Of a stretch of 64,000 nt of DNA, positions 35,201 to 47,815 are shown piece by piece. Numbering within the stretch: position 1 is the first letter of the stretch; every line of letters starts with the position of its first letter. The notes below the pieces were generated by a model that did not search any database, was not told the DNA's origin, and saw nothing but the letters and a program-made list of their open reading frames with translations. The stretch covers positions 2,294,001 to 2,358,000 of the forward strand of contig CATNEN010000034.1 in the NCBI GenBank assembly GCA_950097015.1, in the 5' to 3' direction. The stretch comes from Macrostomum hystrix (Eukaryota; Animalia; Platyhelminthes). The position numbers and the translations under genes were made by a program.

Positions 35201-35648
35201 GGGACAGCAATGACCCCCCGAGTGACAGCAGTGACAGTCGAGGGACAGCAATGACAACCAAGTTGCAGCAATGACAGCCGAGGGACAGGAATGACAACCA
35301 AGTGGCAGCAATGACAGCCGAGTGACAGCAGTGACAGCCGAGGGACAGGAATGACAGCTGAGCGACAGCAGTGACAGCCGAAGGACAGCAATTAAAGATG
35401 AGGGACAGGAATGACAGTCAAGTGACAGCAACCACTTCAAAATGAAAGTAGTGCAAGCCAAGTGACAGCAGTGACAGCCATATTTCAGCAATAACAGCTT
35501 GCTCACAGAAGTCGATGGTCTGGTTGAGTCGCTTGGCCATGAGCTCTCTGTCGAACTTCGGCGCTCCATCGCCGTGGACGCCGGTTGCGCAGACGGCCAC
35601 CAACAGAGCGGCGGCAATTAGGACGCCTTGGCGCTGATTTCCGCTCAT
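29233..35648 (-). CDS. Ace: Angiotensin-converting enzyme, peptidase M2, single catalytic domain, predicted secreted, 648 aa, 6 exons
   Basis: Exon join (minus) 35648-35507, 34015-33879, 33384-33230, 33138-32192, 31477-31111, 29431-29233 = 1947 nt, phase-consistent. Signal-peptide-like MSGNQRQGVLIAAALLVAVCATGVHG. Motifs CHASAWEF, HHEMGH (HEXXH), GFHEAVGD, AKYHV, YIRYY and C-terminal LDYFRPLHTWL…PVGW. No hydrophobic C-terminal anchor. The exon 2 acceptor was chosen by phase. Confidence 0.93.
29485..29985. repeat. 19-bp minisatellite (CCACCAACGAATTGAGAAT)n at the 3' end of ACE intron 5
   Basis: ~26 units ending ~50 bp from the last-exon acceptor (29432-29433). Confidence 0.95.
30368..30641 (+). 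mobile_element. tRNA-derived SINE, family 2, copy F (full head, A-rich tail)
   Basis: A-box TAGCCTAGTGG and B-box GGTTCGATACC, body homologous to 25460-25678, ending in tgttaaaaaaa. Confidence 0.82.
30667..31021 (+). mobile_element. tRNA-derived SINE, family 1, copy B (most complete, (ATT)n tail)
   Basis: Homologous to copy A along its length. 3' hairpin ggctgcgggt (30955-30964) pairs with gcccgcagcc (30991-31000). Tail attattattatt. Confidence 0.87.
33456..33771 (-). mobile_element. tRNA-derived SINE, family 1, copy C (different 3' end) in ACE intron 2
   Basis: The reverse complement shares the head, the gtgtacactgacagacaatgagaaagtcagggcagatgtacac body and ctcaggagtcagcgaaat, then diverges and ends in (ATT)n. 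Confidence 0.82.
34085..35480. repeat. 20-bp minisatellite (GACAGCAATGACAGCCGAGT)n filling ACE intron 1
   Basis: ~70 units with higher-order blocks, starting ~25 bp after the exon 1 donor. Confidence 0.95.
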
Positions 35649-36019
35649 TGCTGCCACTTGATGCACAGAAGACAGCTGATTGGGGAGGTTTAGTTAGCGG
35701 GCAGAGTTCTAATGCATTGCAATCTGGAGTAGGGTACAGAAATGGACTACTCAATGTGTGCTCAGCTAACTCAACGCGGACCTTCTTATTATAGTGAGCA
35801 GTTTCTGAGCACTGCGAGGCCGGAGTGGGGTTGGGTTGAGTCGCTGAGGACAATAATTAAGCCAGAAAGAAACATAAAGCCACACAGGCTGATCTGTTCT
35901 ATTGATTTTTATGCTAGGAGTCAAGCAAGTGACAGTTCCATGGCGAAATAAAATACTGCTAGCTTCCGATTGGCTGAGACCTTTACTGCAGAAAATTTTA
36001 TTTTTACTGGATTCGCAGT

Positions 36020-36645
36020 CACTCTATCTAACACTGGATTAACAGACACTGTTAATCTAAAACTGGATTAACAGACACTGTATCTATCACTGGATTAACA
36101 GACACTGTATCTAACACTGGATTAACAGACACTGTATCTAACACTGGATTAACAGCCACTCTATCTAACACTAGAATTAACAGCCACTGTATCTAACACT
36201 GGATTAACAGACACTGTTAATCTAACACTGGCTTAACAGACACTGTATCTAACACTGGATTAACAGCCACTCTATCTAACACTGGATTAACAGACACTGT
36301 ATTTATCACTGGATTAACAGACACTGTATCTAACACTGGATTAACAGACACTGTATCTAACACTGGATTAGCAGTCACTGTATCTAACACTGGATTAACA
36401 GACACTGTATCTAACACTGGATTAGCAGACACTGTATTTATCACTGGATTAACAGACACTGTATCTAACACTGGATTAGCAGACACTGTATTTATCACTG
36501 GATTAACAGACACTGTATCTAACACTGGATTAACAGACACTGTATCTTACACTGGATTAGCAGACACTGTATCTAACACTGGATTAACAGACACTGTATC
36601 TAACACTGGATTAACAGACACTGTATCTAACACTGGATTAACAGA
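36020..36645. repeat. 27-bp minisatellite (TATCTAACACTGGATTAACAGACACTG)n upstream of ACE
   Basis: ~22 units. Confidence 0.95.
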
Positions 36646-37014
36646 CAACATATCTAAGACTCGATTTTTTAGAACTGGGTTGTGCTGCCCTTAAATGCCT
36701 CTTCGATTTTCTGTCCGGGGCATTTCTAGTGGTACTACTTTGCAAAGTGCAGATCCGAGGAAATGATCTTCTTTTTGTCCAGCCGAAACTAAACAACCGA
36801 GTCTGACTGCTTTCAATTTCCTGCACCTGAACTTACTGCTGGAACACATTTTTTCTAGGCATGCTCCTCTGAGAGTTAAAATTTAATTTCCTGTTTGCTG
36901 AGAATTTAGATTTCCATTGACAAAAAAAACTTTCTACGGCTTTAACAAATCTTCTACACAACAAATACACAACGAAGTCACACCCACACACACCCACGCA
37001 TTACCAATGTTTCA

Positions 37015-37685
37015 GAATCGACCATTTGGGTATCGACCATTTGGGTATCGACTTTTCGGGAATTGACTATTTGAGAATCGAATATTCAGATATCGACTAT
37101 TTGGGTATCGACCATTTGGGTATTGGCTTTTCGGATATCGAGTATTTGGGTATCGACCATTTGGGTATCGACCATTTGGGTATCGACCATTTGAGTATCG
37201 ACTATTCGGGTATCGACCATTTGGGTATCGACCATTTGAGTATCGGCTTTTCGGATATCGACTATTTGGGAATCTACCATTTGGGTATCGACCATTTAGG
37301 TATCGACCATTTGGGTATCGGCTTTTCGGATATCGAGTATTTAAGAATCGAATTTTTGTATATAGATTATTTGGAAATCGACCATTTGAATATCGACCAT
37401 TTAGGTATCGACCATTTGGGTATCGGCTTTTCGGATATCGAGTATTTGAGAATGGAATTGTTGTATATCGATTATTTGGGTATCGACCATTTGGGTATCG
37501 ACCATTTGGGTGTCGGCTTTTCGGATATCGACTATTTGGGAATCTACCATTTGGGTATCGACTATTTTGGAATCGACCATTTGGGTATCGGTTTTTCGGG
37601 AATTGACTATTTGAGAATCGAATATTCGGATTTCGACTATTTGAGAATCGACCATTTGGGCATTGACTTTTCGGGAATCGACGAT
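37015..37685. repeat. 15-bp minisatellite (GTATCGACCATTTGG)n
   Basis: Degenerate 15-bp units with TCGA cores. Confidence 0.9.
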
Positions 37686-37814
37686 TCAGTCCATGTCTGT
37701 CTGTCTGTCCGTGTTCGCCATTAACTTATATCTACTGGATTTTTGACAGATCCTCACATATTCGGGTCCGCAACTGCCGTTATCACCAGACACTACTAGT
37801 CAGTAGCGAGGCAA

Positions 37815-38075
37815 GTTAATGACTCAGCGACAATGTTTGAGTCAGGTCGGGCCCACCGGTCTCAGCCCCGGGGGCTGGATGAGCAACCGTAGCGCAATCT
37901 GTCATCGCAGGTCTTCACCCATCACGTGACCAGCTCCGCCTGCCCTGCTTCCTGATGCTCACCTTGTCTTTTATTTTTGTCTCCCCTTCAGCCAACTCAG
38001 AAAATTGTCTATCCACCTTCAGGCAGTGTTTAACTTTCTTCTTTCTCTCCCCCAAAACGAAGAGATGACGTCACT
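37815..38075. promoter_or_regulatory. Cluster of AP-1, E-box and CRE consensus sites (candidate enhancer)
   Basis: TGACTCA 37820-37826, TGAGTCA 37838-37844, TCACGTGA 37922-37929, TGACGTCA 38066-38073, in a unique island between two arrays. Confidence 0.4.
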
Positions 38076-38204
38076 GCTTGACTGATTGTGGAAACATTTT
38101 TTGCTCAATCGAACCGAATTAAAAGTTGGCTACCAACTAACCAGGTCTTTGTTTCGTGGCTGTTCCTGCATTCGAGTCAGTCGCAAAGCCTCTAATATTC
38201 TAAT

Positions 38205-41200
38205 TTTATTCTATTCTCTCTCATTCTATTCTCTCTCATTCTATTCTCTCTCATTCTATTCTCTCTCATTCTATTCTCTCTCATTCTATTCTCTCTCATT
38301 CTATTCTCTCTCATTCTATTCTCTCTCATTCTATTCTCTCTCATTCTATTCTCTCTCATTCTATTCTCTCTCATTCTATTCTCTCTCATTCTATTCTCTC
38401 TCATTCTATTCTCTCTCATTCTATTCTCTCTCATTCTATTCTCTCTCATTCTATTCTCTCTCATTCTATTCTCTCTCATTCTATTCTCTCTCATTCTATT
38501 CTCTCTCATTCTATTCTCTCTCATTCTATTCTCTCTCATTCTATTCTCTCTCATTCTATTCTCTCTCATTCTATTCTCTCTCATTCTATTCTCTCTCATT
38601 CTATTCTCTCTCATTCTATTCTCTCTCATTCTATTCTCTCTCATTCTATTCTCTCTCATTCTATTCTCTCTCATTCTATTCTCTCTCATTCTATTCTCTC
38701 TCATTCTATTCTCTCTCATTCTATTCTCTCTCATTCTATTCTCTCTCATTCTATTCTCTCTCATTCTATTCTCTCTCATTCTATTCTCTCTCATTCTATT
38801 CTCTCTCATTCTATTCTCTCTCATTCTATTCTCTCTCATTCTATTCTCTCTCATTCTATTCTCTCTCATTCTATTCTCTCTCATTCTATTCTCTCTCATT
38901 CTATTCTCTCTCATTCTATTCTCTCTCATTCTATTCTCTCTCATTCTATTCTCTCTCATTCTATTCTCTCTCATTCTATTCTCTCTCATTCTATTCTCTC
39001 TCATTCTATTCTCTCTCATTCTATTCTCTCTCATTCTATTCTCTCTCATTCTATTCTCTCTCATTCTATTCTCTCTCATTCTATTCTCTCTCATTCTATT
39101 CTCTCTCATTCTATTCTCTCTCATTCTATTCTCTCTCATTCTATTCTCTCTCATTCTATTCTCTCTCATTCTATTCTCTCTCATTCTATTCTCTCTCATT
39201 CTATTCTCTCTCATTCTATTCTCTCTCATTCTTCCATTCTCTCTCATTCTATTCTCTCTCATTCTATTCTCTCTCATTCTATTCTCTCTCATTCTATTCT
39301 CTCTCATTCTATTCTCTCTCATTCTATTCTCTCTCATTCTATTCTCTCTCATTCTATTCTCTCTCATTCTATTCTCTCTCATTCTATTCTCTCTCATTCT
39401 ATTCTCTCTCATTCTATTCTCTCTCATTCTATTCTCTCTCATTCTATTCTCTCTCATTCTATTCTCTCTCATTCTATTCTCTCTCATTCTATTCTCTCTC
39501 ATTCTATTCTCTCTCATTCTATTCTCTCTCATTCTATTCTCTCTCATTCTATTCTCTCTCATTCTATTCTCTCTCATTCTATTCTCTCTCATTCTATTCT
39601 CTCTCATTCTATTCTCTCTCATTCTATTCTCTCTCATTCTATTCTCTCTCATTCTATTCTCTCTCATTCTATTCTCTCTCATTCTATTCTCTCTCATTCT
39701 ATTCTCTCTCATTCTATTCTCTCTCATTCTATTCTCTCTCATTCTATTCTCTCTCATTCTATTCTCTCTCATTCTATTCTCTCTCATTCTATTCTCTCTC
39801 ATTCTATTCTCTCTCATTCTATTCTCTCTCATTCTATTCTCTCTCATTTTATTCTCTCTCATTCTATTCTCTCTCATTCTATTCTCTCTCATTCTATTCT
39901 CTCTCATTCTATTCTCTCTCATTATACTCTCACTCATTATACTCTCACTCATTATACTCTCGTTTATTATATTCTTACTCATTCTATTCTCTCTCATTCT
40001 ATTCTCTCTCATTCTATTCTCTCTCATTCTATTCTCTCTCATTCTATTCTCTCTCATTCTATTCTCTCTCATTCTATTCTCTCTCATTCTATTCTCTCTC
40101 ATTCTTTTCTCTCTCATTCTATTCTCTCTCATTCTATTCTCTCTCATTCTATTCTCTCTCATTCTATTCTCTTTCATTATACTCTCACTCATTATACTCT
40201 CGTTTATTATATTCTTACTCATTCTATTCTCTCTCATTCTATTCTCTCTCATTCTATTCTCTCTCATTCTATTCTCTCTCATTCTATTCTCTCTCATTAT
40301 ACTCTCACTCATTATACTCTCACTCATTATACTCTCGTTTATTATATTCTTACTCATTCTATTCTCTCTCATTCTATTCTCTCTCATTCTTATCTCTCTC
40401 ATTCTATTCTCTCTCATTCTATTCTCTCTCATTTTATTCTCTCTCATTCTATTCTCTTTCATTATACTCTCACTCATTATACTCTCGTTTATTATATTCT
40501 TACTCATTCTATTCTCTCTCATTCTATTCTCTCTCATTCTATTCTCTCTCATTCTATTCTCTCTCATTCTATTCTCTCTCATTCTATTCTCTCTCATTCT
40601 ATTCTCTCTCATTCTATTCTCTCTCATTCTATTCTCTCTCATTCTATTCTCTCTCATTCTATTCTCTCTCATTCTATTCTCTCTCATTCTATTCTCTCTC
40701 ATTCTATTCTCTCTCATTCTTCCATTCTCTCTCATTCTATTCTCTCTCATTCTATTCTCTCTCATTCTATTCTCTCTCATTCTATTCTCTCTCATTCTAT
40801 TCTCTCTCATTCTATTCTCTCTCATTCTATTCTCTCTCATTCTATTCTCTCTCATTCTATTCTCTCTCATTCTATTCTCTCTCATTCTATTCTCTCTCAT
40901 TCTATTCTCTCTCATTCTATTCTCTCTCATTCTATTCTCTCTCATTCTATTCTCTCTCATTCTATTCTCTCTCATTCTATTCTCTCTCATTCTATTCTCT
41001 CTCATTCTATTCTCTCTCATTCTATTCTCTCTCATTCTATTCTCTCTCATTCTATTCTCTCTCATTCTATTCTCTCTCATTCTATTCTCTCTCATTCTAT
41101 TCTCTCTCATTCTATTCTCTCTCATTCTATTCTCTCTCATTCTATTCTCTCTCATTCTATTCTCTCTCATTCTATTCTCTCTCATTCTATTCTCTCTCAT

Positions 41201-42605
41201 TCTATTCTCTCTCATTCTATTCTCTCTCATTCTATTCTCTCTCATTCTATTCTCTCTCATTCTATTCTCTCTCATTCTATTCTCTCTCATTCTATTCTCT
41301 CTCATTCTATTCTCTCTCATTCTATTCTCTCTCATTCTATTCTCTCTCATTCTATTCTCTCTCATTCTATTCTCTCTCATTCTATTCTCTCTCATTCTAT
41401 TCTCTCTCATTCTATTCTCTCTCATTCTATTCTCTCTCATTCTATTCTCTCTCATTCTATTCTCTCTCATTCTATTCTCTCTCATTCTATTCTCTCTCAT
41501 TCTATTCTCTCTCATTCTATTCTCTCTCATTCTATTCTCTCTCATTCTATTCTCTCTCATTCTATTCTCTCTCATTCTATTCTCTCTCATTCTATTCTCT
41601 CTCATTCTATTCTCTCTCATTCTATTCTCTCTCATTCTATTCTCTCTCATTTTATTCTCTCTCATTCTATTCTCTCTCATTCTATTCTCTCTCATTCTAT
41701 TCTCTCTCATTCTATTCTCTCTCATTATACTCTCACTCATTATACTCTCACTCATTATACTCTCGTTTATTATATTCTTACTCATTCTATTCTCTCTCAT
41801 TCTATTCTCTCTCATTCTTATCTCTCTCATTCTATTCTCTCTCATTCTATTCTCTCTCATTTTATTCTCTCTCATTCTATTCTCTCTCATTCTATTCTCT
41901 CTCATTCTATTCTCTCTCATTCTATTCTCTCTCATTCTTTTCTCTCTCATTCTATTCTCTCTCATTCTTTTCTCTCTCATTCTATTCTCTCTCATTCTAT
42001 TCTCTCTCATTCTTTTCTCTCTCATTCTATTCTCTCTCATTCTATTCTCTCTCATTCTAATCTCTCTCATTCTATTCTCTCTCATTCTATTCTCTCTCAT
42101 TCTATTCTCTCTCATTCTATTCTCTCTCATTCTATTCTCTCTCATTATACTCTCACTCATTATACTCTCACTCATTATACTCTCGTTTATTATATTCTTA
42201 CTCATTCTATTCTCTCTCATTCTATTCTCTCTCATTCTATTCTCTCTCATTCTATTCTCTCTCATTCTATTCTCTCTCATTCTATTCTCTCTCATTATAC
42301 TCTCACTCATTATACTCTCACTCATTATACTCTCGTTTATTATATTCTTACTCATTCTATTCTCTCTCATTCTATTCTTTCTCATTCTATTCTCTCTCAT
42401 TATACTCTCACTAATTATACTCTCTTTTATTATATTCTTACTCATTTTATTCTCTCTCATTCTATTCTTTCTCATTCTATTCTCTCTCATTCAATTCTCT
42501 CTCATTCTATTCTCTCTCATTATACTCTCACTAATTATACTCTCTTTTATTTTATTCTTACTCATGCTATTCTCTCTCATTATACTCTCTCTCATTCTAT
42601 TCTCT
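38205..42605. repeat. 4.4-kb 15-bp minisatellite (TATTCTCTCTCATTC)n with higher-order variant cassettes
   Basis: ~290 units, long perfect stretches, recurrent variant cassette attatactctcactc/attatactctcgttt/attatattcttactc. Confidence 0.98.
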
Positions 42606-43435
42606 CATTCTCCCATTCCTTCTCGCTCACTGTTCTATCCATGACTGCAGTGACCGAGCATGACCCAAGCAATGACCCGGAGTCGCTCATAGTTTTATCC
42701 ATGACTGCACTGACCAAGCATGACTCAAGGAGGGACCCTGGCTGCAATGCGCACTCAGTTACAACAGGCCCGCATTGGCCATCGAACCGAGATCAGTTTT
42801 TGTTGCCAGGCCCCCCTCCGCAAGTTAAAAATGGTAGCCGTTGGCTTTGGCTCTTCTAGCACGCAATCCAGTTCCAGTCGGGTGCTTGCTCAGGGAAAAT
42901 GAGCTTGGAATGCAGAAGGGATTAGGGAGAGACTGCGGCTTTAGTTCAAACCCGGCAGAGGGGAAAAGAGGAGAACGCGAGCAACCTCCCCTAGGAAGCC
43001 TGCGTGGCTGAGACCGAAAAATTACCTGACCAGTCAGTTGGGTCTGCTACTTAAGAATTATCAAGCAAAAATCAATACCTATAGACCGCCGGCCTGGTCC
43101 CACTGACTCAGGGGTGGGCACACACACACTCACACACTCACACACACTCAGCCAGTAATGACCAGAGCCTGGTTGCCGCGCTTTCAAATCAAGACTTGAT
43201 TGATTGGGAGGGCGGCTTGGCGTCGGCCGAGTCTCCTATAGGCTTCTGTCTCATCTGCCCCCAGCCTCTGGTTGCTGCGCATCGATGAAGCACGCAGAGT
43301 CGTGTGTGTGTGGGTTGAGCTCTCTCTGGGGCGCCCTAGCGGCCAATGCGGCAGGGAAATTGCTGGGCGCAGATTTCGCACGGAACCTCCGGTTTTGGAC
43401 TTCTGGGCCGAGGGAATAAAAAAATATAACCTACT

Positions 43436-43436
<1 letters not shown>

Positions 43437-43466
<30 letters not shown>

Positions 43467-43467
43467 A
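43437..43467. repeat. (CTG)n tract in a GC-richer unique island
   Basis: ~10 CTG units. Confidence 0.85.
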
Positions 43468-44044
43468 AGGTCCATTCTCAGGCTGGGTGGGGGGTGGATG
43501 CTGTGGTTTTCAAGGCCTGCAGCCGGTGCCTTCTGTGTCGGAGCAGAGCAGAGAAGAGAGAGGAAAAGGGCCTCATCCTGTCCAGTGTTAGCTTGCACCT
43601 TCTCATCTTATTCACGCCTGCCTGCCTGTCTGTCTCTCTCTCTCTGAATAAAATTCAGCACATCGAGAAAGAGAAGAGAAGAGAGAGCTAGGTGGTCAGC
43701 TTGAAAGAAATTCTCTCTCTCTCTCTGTGAGCACCGGCGAGAATGCACTTGAGCTGCTGCACTCCGACCCGCTTCACACACTTCCCAACATTCGTTAAAA
43801 CCCTTTCGGCCGCTGCACCTACTGCAGTACCTCTCGAGCTAACTCACTTCTATTTGATTTTTTCGCCACTGCTCCGTCCAGATCTCTCTCCTACTCCAAA
43901 TCGTCTCTTGGGCGAGCAGCTGCTGCTGCAGCTACTGCTCAACTAAAATTCAATTCTTTTCTTTCTGTACTTTCGCCTGAATCGCTGCCTGATAAAGTAA
44001 CAGCTTCATCAACGGGTTAATATAGAGTATTGTTATGTACTACA

Positions 44045-44638
44045 ATACTTCAGCTTTTATCCCCATCTAATACTTCAGCTGTTATCCCATCTAATACTTC
44101 AGCTGTTATCCCATCTAATACTTCAGCTGTTATCCCCATCCAATACTTCAGCTGTTATCCCATCCAATACTTCAGCTGTTATCCTATCCAATACTTCAGC
44201 TGTTATCCTATCCAATACTTCAGCTGTTATCCCCATCCAATACTTCAGCTGTTATCCCATCCAATACTTCAGCTGTTATCCCATCCAATACTTCAGCTGT
44301 TATCCCATCCAATACTTCAGCTGTTATCCCATCCAATACTTCAGCTGTTATCCCATCCAATACTTCAGCTGTTATCCCATCCAATACTTCAGCTGTTATC
44401 CCCATCTAATACTTCAGCTGTTATCCCCATCTAATACTTCTGCTGTTATCCCATCCAATACTTCAGCTGTTATCCCATCCAATACTTCAGCTGTTATCCC
44501 ATCAAATACTTCAGCTGTTATCCCATCAAATACTTCAGCTGTTATCCCATCCAATACTTCAGCTGTTATCCCATCCAATACTTCAGCTGTTATCCCCATC
44601 CAATACTTCAGCTGTTATCCCATCTAATACTTCTGCTA
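44045..44638. repeat. 24/25-bp minisatellite (TACTTCAGCTGTTATCCCATCCAA)n
   Basis: ~24 units. Confidence 0.95.
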
Positions 44639-45324
44639 TTCTCCCAGTTTTTTTACATTTTAATTATCTGCTGTTCACTATGAGGCTATCGATTTCAAAT
44701 AGCTTGAGGTCTTTGTTCCAACGTGATTATTTGCTTGCCAGCCTGTCACATAGTTTCCACTGACAGCTAACAGTAATCAGTCATTGGCCATTTCAAAGCA
44801 TTATTTGGCCGGCTTGCACAGATGGTCTGTGACGAGGCCTTCAAGAGAAAATTACCGAATAGAAAAATAAGAAAACAGTGCTCCATAATGGCACATTTTT
44901 TCCTCTAAAACAGAAAAATTATTTCGAATCTCTTTTTCAAATAATGGACAATTATATGCGTGAGGCGAATATTGAACAGGCTGACAGTTGCGGTGAGACT
45001 TGCAGAATCCCTTTGACAAATCAATCTTTCACCGATTTCACATTCTTTAACGGTCCGAATTGAGCACAAAACTCTTTATTTGAAGATATTCTTAATGTCA
45101 TGACAATAGAATGAGTTTTCGAAGCCATTACCACTCGTTTAAAGACAACAGAACCTATAGCATTATAATTAAATCTGTAATTTCTTGGAAATTGCTCCGA
45201 ATTGTGACTTTCGGAATAGAACTCCGTTTTCCGATAGAATTCTGAATGTTCTGTCGAAACGCGTTACTTTCTGTCAGAATCTGAAGAATAGTGTGCCAGA
45301 ATTGTGTGTCTGTAATGAGTTTTC

Positions 45325-46040
45325 TGTCAGGAAATGTCTGTCAGGAATTATCTGTCAGGAACTGTCTGTCAGGGATTGTCAATTACTGACCACAATTTTC
45401 TGTCAGTAATTATCTGTCAGAAATTGTCTGTCAGGAATTATCTGTCAGAAATTGTCTATCTATAATTATCTGTCAGGAATTATCTGTCAGGAATTATCTG
45501 TCAGGAATTATCTGTCAGGAATTATCTGTCAGGAATTGTCTGTCAGGAATTGTCTGTCAGAAATTGTCTATCTATAATTATCTGTCAGGAATTATCTGTC
45601 AGGAATTATCTGTCAGGAATTATCTGTCAGGAATTATCTGTCAGGAATTATCTGTCAGGAATTGTCTGTCAGGAATTGTCTGTCAGAAATTGTCTATCTA
45701 TAATTATCTGTCAGGAATTATCTGTCAGGAATTATCTGTCAGGAATTATCTGTCAGGAATTATCTGTCAGGAATTATCTGTCAGGAATTATCTGTCAGGA
45801 ATTGTCTGTCAGGAATTGTCTGTCAGGAATTATCTGAATTGTCTGTCAAGAATTTTCTGCCAGAATCAGAAACTGTCTGTCGGGAATTGTCTATCTATAA
45901 TTATCTGTCAGGAACTATCTGTCAGGAATTATCTGTCAGGAATTATCTGTCAGGAATTATCTGTCAGGAATTATCCGTCAGGAATTGTCTGTCAAGAATT
46001 TTCTGTCAGAATCAGAAACTGTCTGTCAGGAATTGTCTTC
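45325..46040. repeat. 14-bp minisatellite (AGGAATTATCTGTC)n
   Basis: Direct reading, with ctatctataatt interruptions. Confidence 0.93.
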
Positions 46041-47194
46041 TGGATAGGATATAAATTCCTAAATTCGCAAGTTTCACGAAATGCAGCATATTTTCAGGAT
46101 GCGGTGACTCAATCAGAATTATAAAATTGCAAAATATTACGAAATTGTGGCCTAGAGTCAATCGCGCTAAAAAAAATCGCAAGACCTTCCTCCCATTGGG
46201 ATTTAGAAAGTCGGTGAGGATTTCTTATCGGGGATTAGAGCTGGGGAGAATTCTGCGGCCCAGTTCGCACTGTAGTTTGGTTGCCGGGCAATGCCGGGTG
46301 CTCAGGCTGGCAATATCGACTCATCGGTACAGTTAACAGGCTGGAGTTCCCTCCCTATTTTCCGAGTCGAGGCGTAGAGCCAGTTAAGATCCCATTTGAC
46401 TGCCTCCGCCAGTGGATTTTCGGGAGCCCCCCTAGGGCCATTGGAGTAAGTCGTGCGGAAATCTTTCCTAGAGTTCGACGGTTTTGAGTCGCCGTCGATG
46501 CGAGACGGCGGATTTCAGATTTGTAAAACTAGGCAGCCGGGAAGCCAGGATGATATCAGATGTAAAAAAAGTGTAGCTCGCCCGTGTGTTTATTAGAACA
46601 GCTTTGAGTGGCCGTCATCAGCGGCGGGAATACAAAGACCACAGGAGCTGGGTGGGAGTCGCGCGGGAATGTAATTTTTCCCTCCGGCTCTACCAATCGA
46701 TCGCTTCCCAGTGGTGCTGAGTACCCCCCATGTGTGCTCCTCAGTCAGTTATGCTGTGTATTTTTTTGTCAAAAAAAACAAGCCGAGTTTTTCTATCTGT
46801 CTTCACCAGCTGGTCCATGCCGCTCGGCTGACTAAGCCAATATTGCACTCCGTGATGGATTGAAGCTATGAAGGCGGAGGCCCTATTCCATAGCGGAACA
46901 CTTGCTTTAACTTGCAGCTAGTCCTGCTGCGAGCTGCCCTCTCACACCGGCTCACATCAGACTGAATGTGTCGCAGTTTTGGCTCCAATTCTGTGCTTTT
47001 TTATATGAAGGAAAAAAACCTTTATCTCCTGCTTCGTGATATCTATCAGTGTGCGTGCGTGCGTCAGAAACATTATTTTATCCCAACATGACAGCGAGAA
47101 GACATGCTTCTTGACTGCTTGTTTGTCAGTCTGTCTTTTTGCATGCAGGTACAAGAAACAAACAGTTAAAGAACCAAAACTATTGGGAAATCAA

Positions 47195-47815
47195 TATCTG
47201 AGATCCCAATAGAATCTGAGATCCCAATAGAATCTGAGATCCCAATAGAATCTGAGATCCCAATAGAATCTGAGATCCCAATAGAATCTGAGATCCCAAT
47301 AGAATCTGAGATCCCAATAGAATCTGAGATCCCAATAGAATCTGAGATCCCAATAGAATCTGAGATCCCAATAGAATCTGAGATCCCAATTGAATCTGAG
47401 ATCCCAATAGAATCTGAGATCCCAATAGAATCTGAGATCCCAATAGAATCTGAGATCCCAATAGAATCTGAGATCCCAATAGAATCTGAGATCCCAATAG
47501 AATCTGAGATCCCAATACAGTTTGAGATCCCAATAGAATCTGAGATCCCAATAGAATCTGAGATCCCAATAGAATCTGAGATCCCAATAGAATCTGAGAT
47601 CCCAATAGAATCTGAGATCCCAATAGAATCTGAGATCCCAATAGAATCTGAGATCCCAATAGAATCTGAGATCCCAATAGAATCTGAGATCCCAATTGAA
47701 TCTGAGATCCCAATAGAATCTGAGATCCCAATAGAATCTGAGATCCCAATAGAATCTGAGATCCCAATAGAATCTGAGATCCCAATAGAATCTGAGATCC
47801 CAATAGAATCTGAGC
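47195..47815. repeat. 18-bp minisatellite (ATCCCAATAGAATCTGAG)n
   Basis: ~34 near-perfect units. Confidence 0.97.

Noticed and set aside
38086-42490. 1324-aa (YSLSF)n and 1432-aa (MRENR)n ORFs on opposite strands
   Set aside because: These are translations of a 15-bp array that lacks stops in those frames. Openness on both strands is expected, and there is no splice or codon evidence.
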